DNA of 45,964 bases from an uncultured Fidelibacterota bacterium (lineage in GTDB: Bacteria > Fidelibacterota > Marinisomatia > Marinisomatales > Marinisomataceae): positions 1 through 45,964 of the forward strand of contig CACNXV010000004.1 of the NCBI GenBank assembly GCA_902624575.1, given 5' to 3'. Below the pieces are notes generated by a model. The model was not told the DNA's origin and did not search any database. It saw only the letters and a list, made by a program, of their open reading frames with translations. The position numbers and the translations under genes are program-made. Every line of letters starts with the position of its first letter. Position 1 is the stretch's first letter. Below, in pieces: positions 20,253 through 28,508 of this stretch.

Positions 20253-21208
20253 TAAATAGACATTCCTGTTGTATCTGAATAGAAGCCGCTTAAAGCGCTA
20301 ACAAGCATCTTACCTAACGCAAGATATGCGTAAGGACTATCTCTATGATTTAAGTAAGGCGTAGACAAGTCAATCGCTCCAATCTGAGATGTCGAATTAT
20401 GACTACCATAAGTAGAAATTGTATATCCACCTGAACTATAGTTTTCATCGCTTGGTACTGGAAAGTCAGGACTAGGTGTTACATCAAAAGTATAGTAAAT
20501 AGGCTTACAACAATTTTGATCCATAATTCTTTTACCAATACTATCAAATCCTCTTACTAGCTCATGAAAAGATGAAGAAGCTATTGATGATATATAAGAG
20601 ATACTTGACTGTGATTGAGAATTATCTAAAATATTATCTGAAGAATTCAATTCTTGTTTAGATACATTAAAACCCATCTCAATAATTTGATTACTATCAT
20701 CATGACTGACAAGATTTAATAAAATTCCAGTATCATAATTTGCTTCAATTGAATCAATTGCAACACCAATATAGGTATGATATCTATTAAAATAAGATGT
20801 AGCAAAAGAGTTTTCTGCTCCAACAGAAGGAGGAGAGTCTGGATCCATTCTTGATCTATCAATATTGTTTAGGATAATATGAGGGAATAGGCCATTTGAT
20901 TCATCTATGAATCCATTATAAAAATACTGTGCAATGCCTTGCGTATTTTCCGCTCTAGTGCCGTCTCCACTTCTGGGAGGAATCGTATTAGGTATACTAG
21001 TACCATCATGTGGAACTGTTATAATAATTGGAGTATTGCCAACATAATATTGTACAAAACCGTCAACATCCGATATAACTTCACCTGGAGTAAAAGTTAC
21101 TACTGGAGTAGGCAGTGTCGACTGATCTATTCTGTTATTATCAGAACAATTGAACAAAATTATTGATATAAAAATATATAGATTAATATGTAATAGCTTC
21201 TTTACCAT
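20249..21208 (-). CDS. Putative lipoprotein, N-formylglutamate amidohydrolase-like fold, apparently degenerate active site
   Basis: Lipobox-like LFNC. Motifs: PIIITVPHDG, PHIILNN..R..MD, YH.YI, SGGY. Start 21208 preferred over 21232. Confidence 0.6.
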   Translation of the reverse strand: MVKKLLHINLYIFISIILFNCSDNNRIDQSTLPTPVVTFTPGEVISDVDGFVQYYVGNTPIIITVPHDGTSIPNTIPPRSGDGTRAENTQGIAQYFYNGFIDESNGLFPHIILNNIDRSRMDPDSPPSVGAENSFATSYFNRYHTYIGVAIDSIEANYDTGILLNLVSHDDSNQIIEMGFNVSKQELNSSDNILDNSQSQSSISYISSIASSSFHELVRGFDSIGKRIMDQNCCKPIYYTFDVTPSPDFPVPSDENYSSGGYTISTYGSHNSTSQIGAIDLSTPYLNHRDSPYAYLALGKMLVSALSGFYSDTTGMSIY

Positions 21209-22958
21209 TATATTCTCCCCTTTTATCAGCACCGGTTATAAAGATACCATTTTTCTTTTGAATACCGTGAGCTCTTGCAAGATACGTTGTTTGATTATAA
21301 AAATTATGCTTTAAATCTTTTAATTGCTTAATAGTTTTTGAACTTAGTGATTTTTCTTCATGAAAAATTAAATCTGGAACCCATTGTGAATGAGTTCTTG
21401 GATGATCAATTGCTTTCTGAAGACTTAATTCGTGGTCCACAACACTTAAAATTATTTGAAGAACAGTGGTAATTATTCGTGAACCTCCAGCTGCACCAAG
21501 AGTTAATATTGTTTCACCTTTTTCATCAATTACTAATGTAGGGGACATTGAACTAAGCGGCCTTTTATATGGTTCAATAGCGTTTGCTTTATCTCCAACC
21601 AAACCAAAAGCATTTGGAACATTTGGTTTAGCTGAAAAATCATCCATTTCATTATTTAATAAAAATCCTGCACCATCAACAATTTTTTTATTCCCATAAC
21701 TAAAATTGATAGTTGTAGTAATACCCGCTGTATTACCATACTTATCCATAACTGAGTAGTGTGTTGTTTCGTTGCTCTCTGCAAATTGATGTCCAGCAGC
21801 TATTTCAGAGCTAGGTGTTGCTTGCTCTAAAGATATTAAATTTAATCTTTCCTTTGCATATCTCTTCGAAATTAATATTTCAACAGGATTATCCCAAAAA
21901 TCAGGATCCCCTAAATGAATTGATCTGTCAGCATAAGCTAATCTCTGAACTTCAGTTAATAAGTGAACATATTCAGTAGAGTTCCTTTTCATATCAGCAA
22001 TATTAAAATTTTCTAGCATATTCAACATCTGAACTAGGAGAGTACCACCAGAGCTGGGTGGGCCCATAGATGCAATTATATAATTTTTATATGTTCCGAT
22101 AATAGGAACTCTATATTCTGAATTATATTTTAACAAATCATCTTTGGAAATTAATCCGCCATTTTTTTTCATTTCTTCTACAATTAAATCTGCAGTTTCA
22201 CCTTTATAAAAACCATCTCTGCCATTCATAGCTATTCTTTTCAAAGTGTTTGACAAATCTTGCTGAACAAAGATATCACCTTCTTTCCAAATATCTATTT
22301 CATCCAAGGTCCTTTTAAAGTCTTCTTCTGAAATTTGTTTATCTTTGAATTGATTATTAATCGATAAAACTTCTTTATTATTTTTTATAAAAATATCTGT
22401 TGAACCTGAATCTTTTAAAAAGTCAAATTTGTAATTATCGAAGCTAAATGCCGCAGCTTCTTCTAGTTTAAATCCATTTTCTGCAAGTTCTATAGCAGGT
22501 TCAATAATTTGTTGTAGACTAAATTTTCCTGAACCATAATCTTCAAATATTCTTATTAATCCTTCTACTGTTCCAGGTACACCTGATGACTTGTGTGAAA
22601 ACCATGCAATATCTTTATCATAATTTTGTTGATCATCTAAAAACATTTTTTCAAAAGATGATTTAGGCGCTTTTTCTCTAAAGTCTAGGCTAATAATTTC
22701 GCCTGAGGAAGTTCGTGCGACTAAAAAACCACCACCACCTAAATTTCCATTAGCTGGAGATGTAACAGCTAATGCAAAACCAGTAGCTACAAGTGCATCG
22801 AAAGCATTTCCACCTTGTTTAAGAATATCAATTCCAACTTGTGATGCTATTTTAGATGTACTTGAAACTGCACCATTTTGATTGGCAGTATTTTTAGTAC
22901 AGCTGCCTAAAAAAATTATAAAACAGACCAAGATATTTAATAGTGTATTTTTCTTCAT
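21183..22958 (-). CDS. ggt: Gamma-glutamyltransferase (lipoprotein)
   Basis: Lipobox LGSC. Motifs: GGNAFDA, GNLGGGGF, DFREKAP, GVPGTV.G, PPSSGG, catalytic Thr in ETTHYSV, LNNEMDDF, KRPLSSMSP, GGSRIIT. Confidence 0.97.
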   Translation of the reverse strand: MKKNTLLNILVCFIIFLGSCTKNTANQNGAVSSTSKIASQVGIDILKQGGNAFDALVATGFALAVTSPANGNLGGGGFLVARTSSGEIISLDFREKAPKSSFEKMFLDDQQNYDKDIAWFSHKSSGVPGTVEGLIRIFEDYGSGKFSLQQIIEPAIELAENGFKLEEAAAFSFDNYKFDFLKDSGSTDIFIKNNKEVLSINNQFKDKQISEEDFKRTLDEIDIWKEGDIFVQQDLSNTLKRIAMNGRDGFYKGETADLIVEEMKKNGGLISKDDLLKYNSEYRVPIIGTYKNYIIASMGPPSSGGTLLVQMLNMLENFNIADMKRNSTEYVHLLTEVQRLAYADRSIHLGDPDFWDNPVEILISKRYAKERLNLISLEQATPSSEIAAGHQFAESNETTHYSVMDKYGNTAGITTTINFSYGNKKIVDGAGFLLNNEMDDFSAKPNVPNAFGLVGDKANAIEPYKRPLSSMSPTLVIDEKGETILTLGAAGGSRIITTVLQIILSVVDHELSLQKAIDHPRTHSQWVPDLIFHEEKSLSSKTIKQLKDLKHNFYNQTTYLARAHGIQKKNGIFITGADKRGEYNGKEAITY

Positions 22959-22984
22959 TACATTTAAAACATTTAAAGGTAATA

Positions 22985-23014
22985 AAAAGCCTCTACAAAA
23001 AGTAGAGGCTTTTT
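22985..23014 (-). terminator. Intrinsic terminator downstream of the TonB-dependent receptor (symmetric, potentially bidirectional)
   Basis: Perfect inverted repeat AAAAAGCCTCTAC-AAAAA-GTAGAGGCTTTTT. Confidence 0.88.
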
Positions 23015-23043
23015 ATATAAATAAGATATCTAAAAATTATATC

Positions 23044-25836
23044 TTAAAGCGCCATGTCTAAACGTGTGTAAACATAACGTCCATTAAATCCAAAAGGACT
23101 ATATCCTGAGTGCTGGAAAATTCCATTAAAACTGTTTCTTTTAACAGTTTTGTCAGGATAAACATCAAATAAGTTATTAGCACCAATTGCCATTCTTACT
23201 TGACTGTTTAACTGGAATGCATATTCCATATCCATTGTCCATTTTGAACTTAGTGTTTGGTCTCTTGCTTCAGAACTTGCAGGAATTCCTACTTCACCCC
23301 ATCTAGTCATTTTAGCGACTAATGTAGATGTTGGCTTCTGCAATGTAGCTGAGAACTGGAAATTGCTCTTTGGTGATGCAACTTCATATCTCATTGTATT
23401 AGCACGTCCTTGAAGTAAACTTGAAGTATATGCTGCTAACTCAGCTGGTGTTCCTACTTCATCTTCATTTGTTATTTCTGTCTCATTGAAGTTCATTGCT
23501 GCTTTAAGAAGTAATGAACCGCCTGCTACATCTTCTCTCATTGTAGCAACGATGTCAAGACCATTGGTTTCTGTATCAATACCATTAAAGAAGTATCTAC
23601 CTGCCGCAGCTGGTACACCTCTTTCAGCAAAGAAAGTAACCATATCTGAAGATGTTCCTGAGCCTCTAAAAGTTTCACTCATACTAATACGATCTTCAAC
23701 AGTAATCATATATGCATCAATAGATAATGAAAATCTATCATCCTTATATGTCATACCAGCAGAAAGATTAGTAGAAGTTTCTGGTTCAAGATCTTGTGCT
23801 CCAAGAGCTCTAGCTGCTTCAGTATCAACAGGGAAAGTTCCAACTTCTAGAGGAACTCCATCAATAAAGTTTGTTGCAATTGATGAGAAGTATGCTTCTT
23901 GAAGTGCTGGTGCTCTAAATCCTGTACTGAAAGAACCTCTAGCAGCAACCCCGTCTTGAATTTCATATCTCATTGCAACTTTACCATTTGTTGTTGAACC
24001 AAAATCACTATAATTTTCAGTTCTTAGTGCAACATCAAGTAGTAAATCATCTCTTAAATTACCACTCATTTCTGCATAAACACTGAAAGCGTCTCTGTCG
24101 CGATCTTGTTCGTTAGCAGGAGCTAATCCTGGTAAACACTGACAACCTACAGCTGCAGAAGCACCCGCATTTGGTCCATCTAATACATCAAAACCAAAAT
24201 CTGCGTAACCAGCTTCTTCACCTGCCTCAATTGTATAGTTTTCCATACGCATTTCAGCACCCATAGCAACATTTACAGGACCTTGAAAACCTTGTAGATC
24301 CATTGTTGTACTAACATCATAATTAACAGTAGTTTGTGAGTAACCTAAAGTACCTAAGTCAAATTCTGATTGTTGATACTGACTTGTACCAGCAGTTGCA
24401 TTATGACTATTTTGCATACCCCAAGCAAATTCATTACTACCTGTTGTAACACTTACATCGTAAGCCATTCCATTATTCATTAAACCTTTCATACCAACAG
24501 CCATAGAAGTGTCAGTTAATTCAGGACTAATAAGTGGTAAGAAGCCATCAGGATACCATGCACGTAGTGTACGATTATCTTGTGCTCTTCTGTAGTAACA
24601 TCCACTTTCACCATCACGTGTGTTCATTCCACCAAATGTGTAAAATGTACCACGCTCAGTTGGGAAACTACCATTCCACATTAAGCTTACTTGTTCGAAT
24701 GCTCCAGCACCAATACGGTGATTTTCTCTATCGAACGCTTTTTCTTTTTCATCCATACCAGCGAAGTACTGTCTACGTGGGTCAAGACCAGCACGATTTG
24801 TACGGCCACCATCACGAAATTGTCCGCTAATATAAAGATTACCACCAAAGAGACTTAATCCATTACCAGCATGAACAATTAAGTTTCTACCGTCTGTCTT
24901 ATCAACAGTCTCTACACCTGGACGAGCCCAGCCTCTTGCAGCAGTATATGGAAGATATCCAACACCATTGTCAGAAGCATTCTCGTCTAAATCCCAACCA
25001 TAAGTTGAGTCGTCTTGACCATCAATAAAGCCTTCTCCAGCTTTGTAACCTCTTTCAAATTCTGATAGGTTTTGACCATAAGTAACACTTAAGTCAGCAC
25101 CACCAGTTTCTTTTAATATAATATTAATAACCCCTGCAACAGCGTCTGAACCGTACTGAGCGGCAGCACCATCACGAAGCACTTCGATTTTCTCGATAGC
25201 ACTTGCTGGGATTGCATTTAAGTCTACTTGAGTTGAACCACGTCCTACAGAACCATTAACGTGAACTAAAGCACCTTGATGACGTCTTTTACCATTTACT
25301 AGTACAAGAGTCTGATTAGGAGCCATACCTCTTAATGTTGCAGGTCTCATATGGTCTGAACCATCAGTAATGTATCCACGTGGAGCATTATAAGATGGAA
25401 TCAAACTTTGCAGCAATTCATTAGTTTCAGTGAAACCAGCTGCACGAATTTCAAGCTCAGTAATAACTTCTACTGGGACTGCTTGATCATCAACATTTCT
25501 TGCGAAACGTGAACCAAGAACAGAAACTGCATTACCAGAAACTGCACTTGATGCTAATGAAAAATTAGCAGTAGCAGTACCATCTACACTTACAGAAACA
25601 CTTGCAGATTCATATCCAATGTATGAAGCAGTAACTGTGTAAGTTCCGCTCGCAACACCGTCGACTGAATATGATCCATCAGCTCCTGTTGCAGCACCAG
25701 ATGAAGTACCTTCTACAGTAACATTTGCTCCAAATAGTGCATTACCATCTGAATCAGTAACGGTACCTGAAACTGATTGAGCAAACATTAAACTAGAAAA
25801 TAATACTAGTGCTATCATGTTATATAGCTTTCTCAT
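23044..25836 (-). CDS. TonB-dependent receptor with N-terminal carboxypeptidase-regulatory-like domain
   Basis: Start ATG 25836 after AAAGGA; signal peptide. N-domain VSGTVTD..G..L.GANV..SYIGY. Plug motifs LRG..LVLVNGKR and IEVLRDGAAAQYGSDAVAGVINIILK. Barrel motifs GFRAP.L, L.PE.S, NNLFD.YP. Confidence 0.96.
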   Translation of the reverse strand: MRKLYNMIALVLFSSLMFAQSVSGTVTDSDGNALFGANVTVEGTSSGAATGADGSYSVDGVASGTYTVTASYIGYESASVSVSVDGTATANFSLASSAVSGNAVSVLGSRFARNVDDQAVPVEVITELEIRAAGFTETNELLQSLIPSYNAPRGYITDGSDHMRPATLRGMAPNQTLVLVNGKRRHQGALVHVNGSVGRGSTQVDLNAIPASAIEKIEVLRDGAAAQYGSDAVAGVINIILKETGGADLSVTYGQNLSEFERGYKAGEGFIDGQDDSTYGWDLDENASDNGVGYLPYTAARGWARPGVETVDKTDGRNLIVHAGNGLSLFGGNLYISGQFRDGGRTNRAGLDPRRQYFAGMDEKEKAFDRENHRIGAGAFEQVSLMWNGSFPTERGTFYTFGGMNTRDGESGCYYRRAQDNRTLRAWYPDGFLPLISPELTDTSMAVGMKGLMNNGMAYDVSVTTGSNEFAWGMQNSHNATAGTSQYQQSEFDLGTLGYSQTTVNYDVSTTMDLQGFQGPVNVAMGAEMRMENYTIEAGEEAGYADFGFDVLDGPNAGASAAVGCQCLPGLAPANEQDRDRDAFSVYAEMSGNLRDDLLLDVALRTENYSDFGSTTNGKVAMRYEIQDGVAARGSFSTGFRAPALQEAYFSSIATNFIDGVPLEVGTFPVDTEAARALGAQDLEPETSTNLSAGMTYKDDRFSLSIDAYMITVEDRISMSETFRGSGTSSDMVTFFAERGVPAAAGRYFFNGIDTETNGLDIVATMREDVAGGSLLLKAAMNFNETEITNEDEVGTPAELAAYTSSLLQGRANTMRYEVASPKSNFQFSATLQKPTSTLVAKMTRWGEVGIPASSEARDQTLSSKWTMDMEYAFQLNSQVRMAIGANNLFDVYPDKTVKRNSFNGIFQHSGYSPFGFNGRYVYTRLDMAL

Positions 25837-25916
25837 TGTTTTTCCTTTGTTTATGTACATATTAAATCATTGGTACGTACCTCTATAAGAAGGTACAATA
25901 TACCCTTAGTTGGCAT

Positions 25917-25945
25917 AATCTAGGAGAAAGTGTTCTTTATGTCAA
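25917..25945 (-). promoter_or_regulatory. Strong putative sigma70 promoter TTGACA-N17-TAGATT for the TBDR
   Basis: Consensus -35 at 25945-25940, 17-bp spacer, -10 at 25922-25917. Confidence 0.75.
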
Positions 25946-25967
25946 TCTTTTAAAGAGGAGGGTGTAG

Positions 25968-26696
25968 TTATCGACGACTTCTTAATTTCATTAATAAATT
26001 AAGAATTTCAACATAAAGCCAAATAAGAGTTATCATGAGTCCAAAAGCACCGTACCACTCCATATATTTTGGAGCTCCTTGTTCAGCTCCAGTCTCGATA
26101 AAGTCAAAATCTAATACCAAATTCATTGAAGCAATACCTACAACAAATAAAGAAAATAGAATTCCCGTAAGTCCATTTCCAAATAAAGGACCCATAAAAG
26201 AAACTCCAAAAAAGGAAAGTATTAGATTTAATACATAAACAATAAGAATTCCAAAAGTTGCTGAAAAAACGCCTAGTCTGAAGTTTTCAGTAGCTGCAAT
26301 TAAATTACTTTTATATAAAAATAGTAGAGCAGCTAAGATTCCAAAAGTTAATGCAATAGCTTGATTAGCAATACCAGGATACATTGAATCAACAATAGCA
26401 GATATTGCTCCAAGAACAGCTCCTTCTGCTAAACAATAAAGAGGAACAGTAAAAGGAGCAGCTTTTTTGTTAAATATTGTAATAAGTAAAAGAATAAACG
26501 TAAAAATAGTTACTGGCCAAAATAATGCAAGACCAATTTGAGGATTGTTCCATGTATAAATTGCCGAAGTCATTAAAAATAAAAGACTCAAAGCTGTTTT
26601 ATTGACTGTTCCATCAATAGTCATGCTGCTTTCACCGGATGCGCGGCGAGCGTTTCTGAAAGTATTTTTATTAAGTGCTGGATTTGCTGATCTCAT
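25968..26696 (-). CDS. Bax inhibitor-1/YccA family membrane protein
   Basis: Motifs: MRS.NPAL, MT.DGT.NKT, LVLDFDFIE.G...GAPKYMEWY.AFGL..TL.WLY.EIL. About seven TM segments. Confidence 0.93.
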   Translation of the reverse strand: MRSANPALNKNTFRNARRASGESSMTIDGTVNKTALSLLFLMTSAIYTWNNPQIGLALFWPVTIFTFILLLITIFNKKAAPFTVPLYCLAEGAVLGAISAIVDSMYPGIANQAIALTFGILAALLFLYKSNLIAATENFRLGVFSATFGILIVYVLNLILSFFGVSFMGPLFGNGLTGILFSLFVVGIASMNLVLDFDFIETGAEQGAPKYMEWYGAFGLMITLIWLYVEILNLLMKLRSRR

Positions 26697-26699
26697 AAA

Positions 26700-28136
26700 T
26701 TATTTATTTCCATCAATGAATTCTAAAATTTTATCTATACTTAATCTATGTTGCTTCATAGAATCTCTTTCTCTAATTGTTACCGTATCATTTTCCAATG
26801 TTTCATGATCTATAGTAATCCCAAAAGGAGTTCCAGCTTCATCTTGCCTGTAGTATCTTTTACCAATTGATCCTTGTTCGTCGTAAATAGATTTATATTT
26901 GTTATTAATTAGTTTAAATATCTCTTTAGCTTTTTCAGGAAGACCGTCTTTTTTAACCAACGGGCAAATAACTGTTTTAATTGGAGATAAATCAAAAGGA
27001 AGTCTTAAAACAACTCGATTATTCTCATTATCTTCATAGTAGGATTCACATAAAACCATAAGAAATTGTCGATTTAAACCTGTAGATGTTTCTATAATAA
27101 ATGGATGATATTTTTCATTTTTTAATGCATCAAAATACATCATATTTTTCCCAGACATTTTTTCATGTTCTTTTATATCGAAGTTTGTTCTATTGTGAAT
27201 TCCTTCAATTTCACCCCATCCAAATGGAAAGTTATATTCAATATCGAACGCCTCTTTAGCGTAATGAGCTAATGAATCATCTGAATGTTGATGAAACTTA
27301 AGATTTTCCTTTTTAATACCTAATTCTTCAATATAAAAATTCATTCTTTGTTCTTTCCAAAAATCCATTGATTCTTGATCATTTTCAGGATGAACAAAGT
27401 ACTGCATTTCCATTTGTTCAAATTCTCTAGTCCTAAATATGAAGTTTCTTGCAACAATTTCATTTCGAAATGCTTTTCCTATTTGAGCGATACCAAATGG
27501 AACCTTTAGTCTCATAGCATTTTGTACCAGTAGATAATTAATATATATTCCTTGCGCTGTCTCAGGACGAAGAAAAATACTTTTACCTGTTTTTTCAGAG
27601 GGTCCAGAATTTGTTTTGAACATAAGATTGAATTGTGAAGGTGTAGTCCATTTACCTACATTACCTGAAAAAGGATCAATGACTCCAGATTTTTCTAAAA
27701 CACCATCATGCTTTTCATTTGATTCTAAAAGTTCTTTGCAAATTATATCAATTATTTCATTCTGATCAAAATCGAGCGACATATTTTCACAGAGCAATTT
27801 TAAAACTTTTATTTTTTGTTGTGCAAGAAGGTCATCGATCCTATATCTTTTTTTATTATCTTTATTATCGACAAGAGGATCATTAAAATTTGAAATATGT
27901 CCGCTAGCTTCCCAAACATCTGGATGTACCATAATAGAACTATCAAGACCAACAATATTCTCATGGTGATGCGTCATTTTTTTCCACCATTTTTCAGAAA
28001 TAGATTTTTTTAATTCAACACCAAGTGGTCCATAGTCATAAGATGCCTTAAGGCCTCCATAAATTTCTGAATTTGGAAAGACAAAGCCTTTTCGTTTACA
28101 AAGTGAAATAATTTTTTCTAGATGCTTTTCGCTCAT
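26700..28136 (-). CDS. glyQS: Glycine--tRNA ligase, homodimeric (alpha2) type
   Basis: Motifs: SEIYGG..YDYGPLG.ELK, VWEASGH, FNLMF, LRPETAQG, GKAFRNEI, FRTREFEQME, AHYA, GSIGKRY.RQDE.GTPF. Confidence 0.97.
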   Translation of the reverse strand: MSEKHLEKIISLCKRKGFVFPNSEIYGGLKASYDYGPLGVELKKSISEKWWKKMTHHHENIVGLDSSIMVHPDVWEASGHISNFNDPLVDNKDNKKRYRIDDLLAQQKIKVLKLLCENMSLDFDQNEIIDIICKELLESNEKHDGVLEKSGVIDPFSGNVGKWTTPSQFNLMFKTNSGPSEKTGKSIFLRPETAQGIYINYLLVQNAMRLKVPFGIAQIGKAFRNEIVARNFIFRTREFEQMEMQYFVHPENDQESMDFWKEQRMNFYIEELGIKKENLKFHQHSDDSLAHYAKEAFDIEYNFPFGWGEIEGIHNRTNFDIKEHEKMSGKNMMYFDALKNEKYHPFIIETSTGLNRQFLMVLCESYYEDNENNRVVLRLPFDLSPIKTVICPLVKKDGLPEKAKEIFKLINNKYKSIYDEQGSIGKRYYRQDEAGTPFGITIDHETLENDTVTIRERDSMKQHRLSIDKILEFIDGNK

Positions 28137-28148
28137 TATCAGTAGAGT

Positions 28149-28508
28149 TTAAGAAAAAAAATATCGGTACAGAAAAACTATTCCAAAAAAACCAAAAATT
28201 AGGGGAGCTAACCATACTAGCGTATCGAAACCTTTTTTTGGTGGATTTGCAAGAATTTCAATTCCATATTTTAGAACATAATAATCTTTAATTTGTTGAT
28301 CAGACAGTCCTTGAACTACTAATCTTTTTATTTCGTCTTTCATTTCCAATGCAGCTTTAGCTTGAGACTGTTCAAGAGTTAAGCCATCACAAACAGGGCA
28401 CATTAGTTCCCTATTTAAAGTATAAAGTCTTTCATCAACAGATTCTTGAAATCCTAATAAACAGATTGCACTGAGAATTACTAATAATAAAGTATTTCTA
28501 TAAATCAT
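28149..28508 (-). CDS. ccmH: Cytochrome c-type biogenesis protein CcmH/CcmL (short form)
   Basis: Motifs: EL.CPVC, S.A..A..M, G.SD..I..Y...YG..IL..PP, C-terminal TM LVWLAP. Confidence 0.88.
   Translation of the reverse strand: MIYRNTLLLVILSAICLLGFQESVDERLYTLNRELMCPVCDGLTLEQSQAKAALEMKDEIKRLVVQGLSDQQIKDYYVLKYGIEILANPPKKGFDTLVWLAPLIFGFFGIVFLYRYFFS

Noticed and set aside
22960-22977. Tandem 9-bp repeat ACATTTAAA upstream of ggt
   Set aside because: Short and almost all A/T; plausible by chance.
23044-25836. Higher GC of the TBDR as evidence of horizontal transfer
   Set aside because: Better explained by Gly/Ala-rich composition and high-expression codon bias; third positions remain mostly A/T and no mobility signs flank it.
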